Assembly: GCA_964016885.1 (NCBI GenBank) | Contig: OZ024742.1 | Coordinates: forward strand, 290,160,001 to 290,224,000 | From: Eledone cirrhosa | Lineage: Eukaryota | Direction of reading: 5' to 3' | DNA: 64,000 bases | In this document: positions 49,805-63,944 of the stretch, piece after piece | How positions within the stretch are numbered: position 1 is the first letter of the stretch | Layout: each line of letters opens with the position of its first letter | Program-made: the position numbers and the translations under genes | The notes under the pieces: generated by a model | Database searches by the model: none | The model's input: the letters and a program-made list of their open reading frames with translations, nothing else | What the model was told of the DNA's origin: nothing

Positions 49805-51945
49805 TATCATCATCATCATTTTACATCCGCTTTTCCCTGCTTGCAAGGGTTGAACGGGTCCTATTCAACACAGCATCTCTCCACTTGTCACGGTCCTTCG
49901 TCATCTCCTCCATGAGTTTCAGCAATCTGAGGTCTGCTCTCACCACCTCCACCCATGTTTTTCGTGGTCTACCTCTACTGCGTCTTCCTTCTACTGGGAT
50001 TTCTTGGCACTTCGTTACCCAGCGGTCATCCTCCATGTCCATACCATCTCAGTCTTCTCTCCTTCACACCACAACTTATCCCTTTTATACAACTTCTTCT
50101 CAACTCATCTATGCTTGGTCATTCACGTACATTGATATTGCACATCCAACGGAGCATACTTGCTTCATTTCTCTCCAACCGTCGCATATCCTCTGCAGTT
50201 GCTGCCCATGTCTCACTACCATGCAGCTTCGTCTATCTCACACACGCATCATATAACCATCCTTTCGTATGCAGGGAGAAACCCTTCTTTGTCAACAAAG
50301 GAAGCAGCTCCCTAAACTTCTTCCAACCCGTCCTTATTCTAGATACTATGGCCTCGAAACTCCCCCTCCCATGCTAATCTGATTACCTAGGTACAGGAAG
50401 CTATCAACCACTTCTATAGAACCCACGTGCATTGGAAAAAAGTGTCTATCACTGCGATTACTACTGTCAACTTTCCCTGTACATCTACTGCATACGTAGT
50501 TTTTCCTACCTGTTAGTTTTCCTGCTATCCCACTACATCTCTTGTGTACCCAAGATCTGCACTGCGTACATTTAGGGAATTTATGCCAGTTCCTCTCCTA
50601 CATATCGAACATGGCCATTTCCCCGATGGAATCAGAGTATTTTCCTCTCTTCTACTTATCAACACTTTTGTCTTAGCTATGTTTACTCTCAGTCCTCTTG
50701 ATTCCAACTGCTGTTTCCATAGCCAGAATTTATTTTCTAGCTCCTCTACTGATTCTGCTATAAGAACCAGATCAGCAGCATAGAGAAGTTCCCATGGGCA
50801 TCCAGTCTTAAACTCCTCTGTTATAGCTTGGAGGACTATAACAAACAAGAGTGGACTGAGGACCGAACCTTGATGTACACCTACTTGTATCTGGAATTCC
50901 TCACTAAACTCCATTCCTACTCTCACTTTACTGACTGCACCCCTGTACATAGCTTGCACTGTCCTCACAAGCCATTCCTCTACAATTAGTTTCCTTAGGG
51001 ACCACCAGATGACAGATCAAAGGCGTTCTCTAGGTCAACAAAAGCTAAGTATAGTGGCTTATTCTTCTCTAAGAACCTCTCTTGTAGTTGCCTCACTAAG
51101 AAGAGGGCGTCTGTTGTACTTTTCCGAGGCACAAAACCAAACTGCATCTCATCTAATTTGACCCTTTCGCTAATCAGTTGCGCTAATATTCTCTCTGCCA
51201 CTTTCATAACCTGATCCATCAGCTTTATGCCCCTATAATTGCACCTCTCCAGAGCATCCCCTTTACCTTTGTAGTAATTTATGAGAATACTGCTGCACCA
51301 GTCTTTGGGTATGATACCACCATTTATAGCTTGATTGATTATGTGTGCAACCAGTTTAGTACCTACTTCTCCTGATGCCTTCAGCATCTCAGCAACTATC
51401 CCCGACGGTCCAGCAGCCTTACCATTCTTCATTTCTTTAATTGCCTCTTGTACCCTATATTCATCAATCTCAATAGCTGGTCCCTCTGTGAGGAATTACT
51501 GGAGGTAATTTCTCTGTCCCCCATTCGTTCTCCACATTCATCAGTCTCTCATAATGACATTTCCAGGCCTCCTTTCTTTGATCATTCATGACACTAAGTA
51601 CACCGGCGTCATTCCAGATACACTTATCTCCAACAATATCCTGATTTGCATTGACACACTGCCTTGCAATGCGGAACACCGCACGTCTCTGATCTTCCTG
51701 TCGCAGAACATTGGCAAACCTCCTACTCTCAGCCTCCCTGCATGCTAAGTACACCTGACGTCTAGCTTCTCTCTTAGTGGCTGTGTATCCTTCTCTACTC
51801 CCACCATTTTTCCAAGCCTTCCATGCCAGTCTTTTGTTTCTAATGGCCCTATCTACCGTGCTGTTCCACCACCAGGTCACTCTCTGTCTGGTTGAAGCTC
51901 TGCCCCAACCACAATTTTCTTCAGTAGCCTGCAGTAAGTTATGTT
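49805..51945 (-). pseudogene. Degenerate RTE LINE with (GAT)n tail
   Basis: NYRGIKLM, QFGFVP, FVDLENAFD, GVHQGSVLSPLLF, LLYAADL, GKWPCSIC Cys motif, GRPRKTW. Several frameshifts. Confidence 0.9.
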
Positions 51946-52024
51946 TAATCTCATATCGAAAATTTTTATATCTTGGTTGATATTTGATAACAGCTAAACT
52001 AATCACTATAACTAAATTGACACC

Positions 52025-53170
52025 ATGATGATAGACAAAATCGGAGCAATTGATGTTAAAACTTGAAAAATCCTAAACACTGGAAACTTCCACATCAACA
52101 GTGACATAAACCGTCTCTACTTGAAACAAGCAGGGAAGCAGAGGGCTAACATCAGTCCAGACAGCATTTGAATGTTGCATAATATCTCTCCGACAACATT
52201 TACGAACCTCCAAATGTAGGTGCCCATCTACTAAGCAAGTCTGTCTGCATGAGACAGATAAGATCATGAGAGTTGGGAAGGAACTACTTAAAAGAAATTC
52301 CCTGCATGATAATCAAAAGCTCACACCCAGGGAAATTGCCCAGCAATACCGCAGCGAATCCATGGATGAAAAAATACATGCTTATGAACAAAATGTAATG
52401 CATGAATATGTTGCCAGGAAGCTCTAATGTGAGAGTAATATAGATAAGCAAAGTAATCTATCTTGGACCAACAACTGCTATATTGGCTTCCGCTTTGAAT
52501 GATATGCCTTTGCAATCCAATAACAGGATATCAACACAAAATACCTGATTCACAAAAGAGATAGGAATTCAGGCAAAGCGCCTAGATGTAACAACAAATG
52601 CAGACTCTGCAGAATTAACATCGAAGATGTCACCCATGTCATAAGCAGCTGTCTAAAGATGTCATCACGGTACTATTTACCTATGTGGCATGATGTAGTG
52701 GCCAAAACACTGTACAATGCAATCCATAGAAAAGTTAGCCCCAACAATAAACACATTAAAAGTTACAACAATGTGGAAGACATATACATACATAATATGA
52801 AAGAGTAATGGTGGAATGTTCCAGTCAAAACCCCAATAAAATGTAAACATAACAGACCAGATATAATGATATAGGACAGGGAAAAGAAGACATGCACAGT
52901 AGTGGAAGTTAGCTGCCTAGCAGATGCCAATATAATATTAAAGATCAGCAGAACTAATGAGGAATCTGCAGATACTCCACCCTGACTGAACATTCAGATT
53001 TATACCTGTGATTATTGGGGCACTTGGATATGTTAGTATCTGCCTCAGTACAAATCTTGAGAAGCTGGGTTTCACAGAAACAGAAAGAACACGACTAGGA
53101 AATTACAAGTTAGGAAATTACAAGTACAATCCAGTAAACATGTAAAACATTCCAAAGATTCTGCATGTAA
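52025..53170 (+). pseudogene. R4/Dong-type (RLE) non-LTR element 3' part, degenerate
   Basis: GNFHINSD..RLYL, CRLCRINIEDVTHVISSC (CCHC), HDVVAK, KHNRPDI (RLE), IIGALG. Confidence 0.75.
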
Positions 53171-53419
53171 TAACTGCATATATACATGTACAGATACAAA
53201 GCATATGCACATGCACACATATAACTCAAAACATCCACATCCACACATAACATCAACATCCATATCTGCACACACATGCAAGCATGCAGACATGCATACA
53301 TATCTACCTAGATGATGTTTAAATTCCAATGAGAGAGTCTTGTATCTATGTTAGAAACTAATTCTTTCTTTATTGGTAAAAATTTACAAAATTATAAAAC
53401 CAGAAGAACATACATATAT

Positions 53420-56070
53420 ACATAACTGACAAATATTTGAAGGCCACATGGTCCAAAGGTGTGGAAGAAAAGCTTAATATTTTGTTATATGTTTCAGCTA
53501 TCACATTGCTAGTCTATCATAAATATCTAAAACCACGCAACCAAGATACAAACAGAAAGCCTGAACCAGCATGGATGCGTAATTTAAAAAACAAAATTTT
53601 GTCCCTGAGACAAAGTATTTCACAGATGACTGTAATTATAAAATGTAACAGAGTACAACTTCACCCGACATCAGGAAGATGTAAGAAAAAAACTAGAGAG
53701 GCGATTTGGAGTTTCAAATACCAGTTGAAACAACAACTCACAACTGCAGCAGAAAGATTAAAATATGTCAACAGCACACAAACGGCAAGTGCTAAATAGA
53801 TTATTTGCCAGAGATCCTAAATCAGTTTATTGCAGCTTCAATGGGAAAAGCTCAATCTCTGTAAATGACACCCCTACAAAAGAACAGGTTGTGAGCTACT
53901 GGGATCTGTATGGGAAACGAATGACGGATTTAACAAACAAACTAAATGGCTAAAAGAACTGGAACAGGAATACTGCCAGCATGTCCAGACAAAACAATAT
54001 GACATAGTTGGGTCAATACTGGACAGAGCTCTACAGAAAATGTTGAAGAGGAAATTACCAGGCCCAGACCTCATAACAGGATACTGGCTGAAAGATCTCA
54101 CCATCTATCAGCAAGATCTCATATGGCTGTTTAGAGAAAGCATGAAAGGCACACAAGAACTAGTCCAATGGTTATCAACTGCCACTACTCTCCTCATACC
54201 CCCAAAATAGCCAAACCACCCTTGCTAAAAATTACCACCCAATAGCCTGCCAGAACATCATGTATTATAAATTATACACTGGGTCATTGTGCCACCAACA
54301 ACATTATAACACCTGAGCAAGCTGGTGGAGAGAAGGAGGTGTGGGGCTGCAGAGATCCCCTACTAACAATAAAATGACACAGGAAAAAACAGCAAAGAAT
54401 CGCAGGAACATGATTGGTGTGTCTGGACTATGAGAAGGATTTTGATAGTGTATCTCATGGGTGAATTATTAAGGCTTTACAGTTAGACAAAGTCGTACAA
54501 CTGGTCAGTTGAACAACTGACCAAGAACTGGTACACCAATTTGATCCTTAGGGGTGAATAGGAGCAAATTAATACACAACCAGAAAGGCATCTTTCAGGG
54601 TGATAGCTTATCAGTGCTGCTCTTCGTCCTCTCACTAAACCCACTATCATACCTGCTTACAAAAGAAAGTGGTCATAGAAGTGCACCCAGCAGTATGTCC
54701 CTTCTTTTCTTTGTTGATGACCTGAAGTTTTATGCGCCATACAACTATATCAAAAAACAATTGGAGCTCATTACACAATTTTCTGCAGACATCAGAATGA
54801 AATTTGGTGAGTCCGAATGTGCATATTTGACAGTAAAACATGGAAGGGTTGTACCCTCCTCTGGAATTCTAGAGATGAACGGCTTGACAATACAACCTCT
54901 ACAGTCAGGTGACAACTACAGATATCTTGGACAGGATGAGAATGTCAGATATGATGGACCCATAAATCAGGAGAGAACCAGAACTGAATAGCTCAGGGGA
55001 GTAAAGAAGATATGGTCATCAGAACTATCAACGTACAACAAATACATTGCCGACAATACTTATGCTGGAGATGGAGGTAAGCACTCGCAAGCTTCTCAGT
55101 GTTACTGGAATCTTTAACATCAATGGTGATGTGGATAGGCTATACTTCTCATGCAAGGAAGGTGGCCAGGGTCTAAAATCCATATGAACATCATACGAGA
55201 CACTGAAGCAACATCTTCAACAGAAGAAAAAGGTCAGCAACCATCTTGCTCAGGTTTATGAGCATGAAGGAAATGATATCATTAGGATAGCCACTGACCT
55301 GGAAGAAAGATATGGAATAAGGCCTGATATAAATCTCTCTCACAGAGAAATTGGAAGATCCTATTCAATATTCAAACAAGATTAAAAAAATGGACCAATT
55401 TACAGAGAAAGTTGTGCATGCGTACCTGAGACGAAAAACTCAGACCATAGAGGGGATAAATCATTCAAAAAGCCTGGCATGGAGTTCCGACAAGTTTATG
55501 ACATCCCACCTTGAATACAAGAACAAGAAATCCCTCCCAAATGTCTGCTACACAAAAGAGGAGGGCCATCAGTCGACAAAACATGTAGGCTATGTAAATT
55601 AAAGTTCGAAGATGTTAGCCAGATTGTTGTCAACTACGAAAGAATGTCGTCTTGCTACTACCTGCCTATGAGACACGATGTGATAGCTAGAACCATCTGG
55701 AATGCACTTAGGAAAACAAAATTAAAAACAAATGAGGAGCAATATACTGAGATAGATGGCACTAAAGAATACTGGTGGAACCTGAAAATAAAAGCTGCCA
55801 CCAAATTAAAGCACAAACTGCCGGCCTGATATCGTTGTTTGGGACCACACATTGAAAGCGTGCTCTGTTGTAGATATCAGCTGCCTACTTGATGTCAACG
55901 TCATAAGAAAAATACAAGAGAAGGACGACATCTATGGACGATTGATAAGAAGTTTGCAGATCCAGTGTTCAAGATACACCTTCAGCTTCATACCCATTAT
56001 TATTGGAACTACAGGTTATTTACCTGTAACAAGCAATAGTTGGCACCTTCAAAATTTGCAAAACATTCTT
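53420..56070 (+). pseudogene. R4/Dong-type non-LTR element, degenerate RT plus RLE
   Basis: NRLFARDPKSVY, PGPDLITGYWLK, KGIFQGDSLSVLLFVLSLNPLS, FVDDLK, YRYLG, RHDVIAR, VVDISC. Confidence 0.8.
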
Positions 56071-56829
56071 CGCTATTCAAGGGTTGACAATTTCTTTTCT
56101 TTTACAACCTTACCACCAGGAAGGTGGTCGGTCAAAATATACTCGAAATTAAAAGAAACATACATACATATGTAGGTATGTAGCAAAATCGTATCTGTAT
56201 GTGTGGGTGGCTATTATTTCTTTTTATCTGGTCTATAGTAAATGATTTCGTACCTTAATCACGAAATTTCATGCTACGTGAAAACAGTAGTTGGAGGAGG
56301 CATTTCTAGGAAAACACTGCTGTCGACATACATACGTACATACACACGTGTTTTTTCAAACCAATCAACAGGAACTTCATATTGACACATTGTATTCGAA
56401 AAAAATATTTAAGTTTCAGTTTAGTCGTAGTTTTGGCGAGGTAAGTAAAGGACTTTATAATCTCTCTATTAATATCAATTACCCTATATACTCATACTTT
56501 TGTGGTGATAAGACTCCCCCCCTGAGAGCTGGACAGCAGAAGGTCTTCAGAGAACAAACCCTCTCATTCATGTCATATATTATTCTAAAAAATATATAAA
56601 CAAAATGTATATCTCATGCAAAAGTATATATTTTTTTTAAATTCACAGCGATGTACTTGTCTTGAAAGGTTTTTGATATGAAATCGAGTGTTGAAACATA
56701 TATTGTTATATTTGGAGAGGGTTATGCTCTTATAATATTGCCAGAAATATATAATAAACTGAGTGTTTTATTTTATTTTCTGGCAATATTATAACAACGT
56801 GACCCTCCCCAAGTATAACAATATTTTTA

Positions 56830-58109
56830 TTCACAGTTGTATAAATAACATTACAAATTGTTCACAATTTCAGGATGGAAATATAAATATAAACACATAT
56901 AATAAATACAATTAACTATTGCTATGAACCTTACAAATACACCTCATCAAAATATACGATCAAAGCGAGAGAAAAAAGGAAAACAAAAACGACCAGCAAG
57001 TGCGACAATCGGCCGCACATCACAAGGGCCAGAGAAAATATTTTTACTCCCCAGTTCTTCGGGGACAACAGAGAGCATTTGTGAATCCTAATATCCCGGA
57101 CATAAATATAAAAAAACAAACAAACTATCTTTTATTATATCGAAATAAACGGTGTTCATGAAATTACATTTTCCTACGAAGTAATATACTGAAAAGTGTT
57201 TTGGTGTATAGAAACATCGACATAAGTAATTCACTGTTTCGTTTTTTTCGATTATGAAAGTTTTATTAAGTTTTAAATATATACGTAAATAACATTACAA
57301 ATTGTTTGCAATTCTTTTAGAATGAAAATATAAACACAAATAACAAATACAATTAACTATTACTAGGAACCTTACAAATACAAAGCACCAAAATATATGA
57401 CCAGAGCGAGAGAGAAAAAAAGGAAAACAAAATCTAAAACAACCATCAATTCACAATCAATCGGCCTTTTGTTCATTTAGGCTTCTACTTCCTGATACGA
57501 TGTGTTAGATTGTGGTATGAAATTCAACCCCGTGAAAGTACTATCCATGTAGTGGTCTAAAAACTTTCGACTTTTACATTACGTTTATTTTTAACTATCA
57601 CTACCACTTTATAGGCGTTACAAAAAAATCTCTCGAATTCAAGTCCACCTAGGATTCACTATTTCAGTGGGACTGGTAACTTACGTACCAGTTATTTACT
57701 TTGGTCGATTTAAAGAACTATATTTAACTGTCTTTATTATCAATATATTAGGGGTAGCTACTTTGGTGTCTGAAACAATGTTGGCTTTTTTCTTTCATTT
57801 CCGTGTTCTGAAAGTGAAATTATTTTTCGAAGAAAAATTACTTTCATTTTCAATTTAGTTGAAAATTTGATTTACAGTTGTATAAATAACATTACAAATT
57901 GTTTATTATTTTTACAGAATGATAGACATTTCAACTCTCCTTGTCCGACGGGGAGATTTGCAATAGCTTTTGTGAAAATGGGTATAGCTTCCAGCATGCA
58001 AAATATTCCGATTTTTTTCATTGTACCCTCCGTCTGTATTTTTAGAGGGTGGTAGGTCTGGTATGAATATTTAAACACAAATATATACAAATAATTATTG
58101 TTAGGAACC
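56830..58109. repeat. Three diverged direct repeats starting (T)AAATAACATTACAAATTGTT (~56840, ~57285, ~57882)
   Basis: Seen directly. The gypsy element inserted into the GGAACC-TTA motif of the third unit. Confidence 0.65.
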
Positions 58110-58591
58110 TGTAGCGACGTGGTTGGTCAGACTGGTCACTACTTCCGATCAGATCCGAGAATAGCCCTTAAAAGGACTGTTATCGCATACGGTCTGATCG
58201 TATCTGAAGATAGCCATTAAAAGAACTGTTGTCACATACGGTAAGGATGAACAGACGAAAGCACAAGTTGAAAGGACAAAGCAAGGCGAGAGATGTAGTT
58301 TCGATCAGCTATTTATTTTCACATGAAGCGACGATACAAGGTACAAGGCGTGTGTGAGTGACAAGCGTGGCAGAGGAGAGGAACAACGATACGCTAGCTG
58401 ACTCTGCTAAAGGTCGACTGGCGAAAGTGTTTGGGACCATTCTATTTATACAGAAATAATCGCTTGATGTTTAGCCGCTGCGTAGGCATTTTATTCTGGT
58501 GGATTTTAAGAGTTTGTTTCACGGTGAGGTAGCTAGCTAACAGATAGATGGTGCTGTATATTTCACAGATGTTATTTCCGGTGGCTGTACA
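58110..58591 (-). repeat. 3' LTR
   Basis: About 90% identical by eye to 63464-63944. Preceded on minus by the PPT AGGGGAGATAA (58592-58602). Confidence 0.95.
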
Positions 58592-59475
58592 TTATCTCCC
58601 CTGCCAGATCTTTTTTTCCAACAAAAGAGCGAAATATCGTATAGTAATGGGCCAGAGGTGCATTTGTCATGACAATAGCCCAAGGAGTGTCCAGCACGTT
58701 GTGAAGTTTGGTGATCAGCGAGTATAGGACAAGAGTCGATGTAAAGATGATATGGCAAGATGTGTGGTGTGTCAGGAAGAGAAAAAAGAAATAAACTATA
58801 AAATAACTTTGACCAGATTTATGCAGGCGTGATGAATGAGCCTGTTGCAATTTGGGTTGAGCTGCCTGTGAATTGCGTGACAAAAAGTCTAACTGGGCAG
58901 TGAAGATAACCGTATGACCGTAAGAATGCTGCCTAAAAGTAACAGTTTGCTCCACAGCATATGACTTGAGTGAATGCATGTGGTAAAAAAAATAGCGAGG
59001 CATTCTCGAGCTATTGAGTGAATGTGTATGTGAAAAAAGAAGGCCAGTGTTTTGAGGATGCGATTTGTGAAATGCGTGATCAAAGAGAAAACATTTTGTA
59101 GTGTAAGAAGGGACACAAATATCTATTGCTCAGTGTATGAACCACAAGTTGAAACAAACGTGGTTTTGTAGTGTGCATGAAAAACAGAATATGTACACGC
59201 CTTGTATGTATATAAAAATGATGGCAATTACGCAATCAATGTTACAGAAAATAAAATTTTTTGTAAAACAAGAGAGAGAAGAAAAAAATGTTATACACAA
59301 TGTTTGTTCTTAAATAGTGTTTGTAATAGATAATGTTCTTCATGACATGAGCACATGGTCACTAAAAATTGCAATTGTTCAAGCAGAAAGTTCATTGTAT
59401 TTGAAACTGGAAATAGTAAACACAAGGAAAATGGGAATGTTTTGCACGAAGAATGATTAAGAAACTCACTTGAGG

Positions 59476-62400
59476 TTAACGGTAATTCACATATTGTGCC
59501 AACTTGGCGGGCCAATGGACACGTCGTCCACTTCTCGTGACTGGAGATGAAACAGGTGGCTTGCTGGAACAGCAATCTGTTGGAGTTTCTGGTGTAGATA
59601 CTGTAACAGTATCCATGATGGCTTTTTTTAATCTGTCCACGCTGACAGAATTCTGTTTACCATCTAGATCGAGAATAAAATATTTCGGATATTTTTTTAG
59701 AACACGATAAGGGCCAGAATATGGAGGCCGAAGATGAGCTGAGATGGTGTCGTTTCGAACGAAAACGTGTGTCCAATCTTTAATGTCTGAAGGTACGTGT
59801 GTGGCCGTGTTCTGTTGACGGGTGCTTGCAGGAGCAAGGCGAGACATATATTGTCGAAGACGGTGTACGTATGATCCTGGGTCTGGAACATCCTGAGGAG
59901 AGATGGGAGCAACCATCTGAACAGGTAGAACCAGGGTGGTGCCGTACACTAATTCTGCAGGTGTGTGTCCGAATTCTTCCTTAATGATGGATCGAATGCC
60001 CAGAAGGATGAGTGGCAGGTATTCAAACCAGTGGGTCTTGTCTGGATATGGTTTTATTGCAGCTTTCAATTGGCGATGGAATCTTTCCACGAGACCATTA
60101 GCTTGCGGGTGATAAGCTGTCGTGCGGATGTGTTTACATCCTAACAGGCGAGTCAGTTCCCTGAAGAGGTGGGAGTCAAACTGGCGTCCTCTGTCCGTTG
60201 TTATCTCGCTGGGGCGCCATAACGTGATACCCAGTGTAAAACCAAAGTTTTAGCAACTGTTTCTGCTGAGGTATCACTTATGGGAAAAGCCTCAGGCCAA
60301 CGGGAAAAACGATCTATGCAGGTGAGCAAATGTGTGCAGTTCTGTGATGGTAGAGGTCCGACGATGTCGATATGCACATGATGAAAACGTGCATCAGGTT
60401 GAGCGAATGTGCTGAGTGGAGTTTTGATGTGTCTGTGGACTTTGGCTTTCTGGCAGGCAATGCAGCTCCTGGACCAGTCGCGCACGTCCTTGTTAATGTT
60501 AGTCCACACAAAACGAGCAGAGATGAGTTTCTGTGTAGCCCGGATTCCCGGGTGAGACAAACAATGTAACGTAGAAAAAACTTGTCGACAATGCATCTGT
60601 GGTACGTATGGTTGTTCATGACCGGTAGAAAGGTCGCACCAAATTTGTCCCGGAGAAGAAGGAATGGGAACTTGCTGAAACTTGAGGGATGGCGAATCTC
60701 GGAGCTTAATAAACTCTTCGTCAGTCTCTTGCCTGAAAGCACATGTATTGCGTTCAGCTGGATTCGGGAGAGGGTGTCGGCTGCTACGTTGTCTGATCCC
60801 TTGATATGCCGAATGTCAGTTGAATATTGGGAGACAAAATCCAAGTATCGGAGTTCTCTCGGTGAATGTCGATCAGGTTTGGTACAGAACGCATAAATTA
60901 GTGGTTTATGGTCCGTGTAGATCACGAAATCCGATCCTTCGAGATGTGCCGAAAATGTTTAACCGAAAGGTAGGTTGCCAAGAGTTCGCGGCCAAACGTA
61001 CTGTATTTGGTTTCTGCAGGTTGCAACCGCTTAGAAAAGAAGGATAAGGGTTGCCAAACGCCGTCGACATGTTGTAAAACGCCTCCAAACCTTGCGTCTG
61101 ATGCGTCCACTAGCAGCGACAGAGGAGCGCCAGATCTGGGGAAAACGAGCATGGAAGCGTTTGCCAACATTTCCTTCAGGCAGTTAAAAGATGTTAATTC
61201 TTCCTTGTTTAGAGTGATCTCTTCGTTTTTGTGAGTCCGGTTGCGAAGAAGGTCTGTGAGGAGTCTGGCTGCGTCGGCACAATGAGGGATGAAACGTCTA
61301 TAAAAATTCACCAGACCGAGGAATTCACGCAGTTTCCGAAGTGATGTAGGTGCGGGAAAGTTGCGGATAGCTTCTACTTTCTCGGGAAGTGGACGAATGC
61401 CGTCTTTATCAATGATGTGCGCGAGAAAGGACAGTGAAGGAACGCCGAGAAGGCACTTGCTGGGGTTGATGATAATACCGTACTCGGCCAAACGTTGGAA
61501 AAGGAGATCTAAGTGCTTCTCGTGTTCTTGCTTGGAAGTACTTGCTACCAGCACGTCGTCAATATACGCGTATATGAAGGGTAGATCACGTAACACAGTG
61601 TCAATAAACCGCTGAAAATTTTGTGCGGCATTACGCAGACCGAACGGCATTCGCAGGGATTTAAATAAACCGAACGGTATTGTGATTGCGGTCTTCGGAA
61701 TATCTGCAGGCTCCATAGGTATCTGGTTATATGCACGTACCAAATCTATCTTGGAAAAGATGCGTGCGCCTTGCAGAGAGGCAGAAAAGTTGTGCAAGTG
61801 AGGTACAGGGTAATTATCGGGTACTGTAGAATTGTTAAGTGCACGATAATCCTCACATGGTCGCTAATCATTCTCGTTTTTTTTAGGGGTGCAGACCAGT
61901 TGCTGGAAGAAGGGCGAATGATTCTGAGGTCCAGCATGTCTTGAAATTCCTGTTTAGCGATTCTCAATCGGTCTGGAGGCAGTCTCCTTGGTCGGGCAGC
62001 TGTGGGTGGTCCTCTTGTCTCGATGTGATGTGTGACACTATGCTTAATAGGTCCATCCTTAAATACCGGGTGAGTGATGTCTGGGTATTTCTGGAGAATG
62101 GTGTTGTAACGCGAAGGCTCCGACTGGCAAATGACAGGGCTCACTGTGGATTGCGTGGTAAATATACCTCTCACAGTGAGGTTTGTGGTGGTGTCAATAA
62201 GCCTCCGGTTCTTCATGTCCACCAGAAGATTGAAGTGGTGGAGAAAATCGGCTCCTAAGATAGGGGTCGGCAGGTCTGCCACGACGAACACCCATTGAAA
62301 ACGACGCCTCAGGCCTAAATTGTGGGTCAGTGATTTCTCCCTGAAAGTTGGAATTGACGATCGGTTCACTGCCTGCAGAAAGGACAGTGTTGGATGTCTT

Positions 62401-62582
62401 TTGCACAAGACTAGTGAAACAGGAATAACACTAACCTGGGCTCCTGTATCCACGAGGTAACGGATGCCTGTTGCTTGGTCGTTGATAAAAAATAGACGAC
62501 TTTTCTTCTCAGTACCTGGGGTGAACGTCGTCGCTAGGCCCTGGTCTGCCCGTTTCCCTGGGTGGTATTCTGGAAAGAGCAC
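59476..62582 (-). pseudogene. Gypsy pol (PR, RT, RNase H, integrase) with frameshifts and stops
   Basis: [65 protein letters not shown]. Confidence 0.93.
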
Positions 62583-63403
62583 GGGGCCCTACACTTAGAT
62601 GCCTGTGCGCAGAAATTTGCGTGATACCAGCAGAGGTTGCCAGACACACGATTCTGACTGGGACTTCTGGATCTTCGACTGTGAAAAGGCCTGGACCGAC
62701 TGTTGCTACGTCGCCGGTGTGTTTGAAAGGTCAGGTTCTCTAATTGGTTTGAGAGGGCTTTAATTTGACCAGCCTGCTTTCTGATCATAGCCCGCAGCTC
62801 TGAAATCTCGGAGGTGGAGTCTGAGGACGCTACGTAAGGGTTCGTCCGATGATCTGCCTGTGCCACTGAGGCAAAAGGGTTTGACACCTCAGCGATCTTA
62901 TCTGCGACACTCGCCAGTTCTTCCGGGGTTGCTGACTCGTTGGTCGACGCCAGAATGCCCTGCATCGATAAGGGCAAGCGCTGTATAAACAGCCGTTTCA
63001 GCAGATCTGAAAGCGGCTGGTCTTCCATCAGCTGTCTCATCTTTCGCAATAGTTGGGACAGTTTTCTGTCCCCCAATTCTTCCGCAGACACGAGTTGGTT
63101 GAGTCGTCTCTGCTGTGATGCGGTCGTTCACTTAAGCAATTCCTTGCGGATTGATTCATATGACACCACGCCCCGCGGTGCCATGACGAGGTCCCTCACC
63201 TCAGCCAAGACTTCTGGCGGGACAGACCCAATGATGTAGGTGAGCTTTGCAGAATCGCTCTCAATTCTGTTAGCAGCGAATTGTGCTTCTATGTGAGCGA
63301 ACCACAGAGTCGGGTCGTTGGACCAAAAAACAGAGACTTTCAATGTTAACGCCGTTTGTGTGGTTGGTATCTCGGCCTCTGTCATTGGTTGTGACATGTC
63401 CAT
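62534..63403 (-). pseudogene. Gypsy gag with internal stop
   Basis: FWSNDPTLWFAHIEAQF, ELGDRK.SQLLR, CWYH..F..A.KC..PC knuckle. Confidence 0.88.
62552..62558 (-). promoter_or_regulatory. -1 ribosomal frameshift slippery site G GGA AAC at the gag-pol overlap
   Basis: Gag reads CAG GGA AAC, and pol is in the -1 frame (GGG AAA CGG). Confidence 0.75.
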
Positions 63404-63430
63404 GTTGGTATCTTGTTAGGCTGCTGTCTA

Positions 63431-63461
63431 GTTGCATGTTCGAATCATGTCGGGGTCACCA
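63431..63461 (-). promoter_or_regulatory. Primer-binding site for tRNA-Trp
   Basis: Minus strand TGGTGACCCCGACATGATTCGAAC.. starts 2 nt after the 5' LTR and is complementary to the eukaryotic tRNA-Trp 3' end. Confidence 0.8.
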
Positions 63462-63463
63462 AT

Positions 63464-63944
63464 TGTAGCGACGTGGTGAGTCAAGCTGGTCACTACTTCT
63501 GATCGGATCTGAGAATAGCCCTAAAAGGACTATTATCGCATACGGTTGGATCGTATCTGAAGATAGCCCTCAAAAGGACTGTTGTCACATACGGTAAGGA
63601 TGAACAGACGAAAGCACAAGTTGAAAGGACGAGCAAGGCGAGAGATGTAGTTTCGATCAGCTATTTATTTTCACATGAAGCGACAATACAGAGATACAAG
63701 GCGTGTGTGAGTGACAAGTGTGGCAGAGGAGAGGAACAACGATACGCTAGCTGAATCTGCCAAAGGTCGACTGGCGAAAGTGTTTGGAATCACTCTATTT
63801 ATACAGAAATAATCATTTGATGTTTAGCCGCTGCGTAGGCGTTTTATTTTGGTGGCTTTAAGGGTTGTTTGTTTCACGGTGAGGTAGCTAGCTAACAGAT
63901 AGATGGAGCGCTATATTTCACATGTTATTTCCGGTGGCTGTACA
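63464..63944 (-). repeat. 5' LTR
   Basis: TG..CA termini, adjacent to the PBS and TSD. Confidence 0.95.

Larger units (their letters stand above)
58110..63944 (-). mobile_element. Full-length Ty3/gypsy LTR retrotransposon, mutated
   Basis: TG..CA LTRs at 58110-58591 and 63464-63944, 4-bp TSD AACC (58106-58109 and 63945-63948), PBS, PPT, and gag-PR-RT-RH-IN order. Confidence 0.96.

Noticed and set aside
58537-59116. Extra or env-like ORF in the gypsy 3' region
   Set aside because: Short ORFs with no recognisable motif, signal peptide or TM layout.
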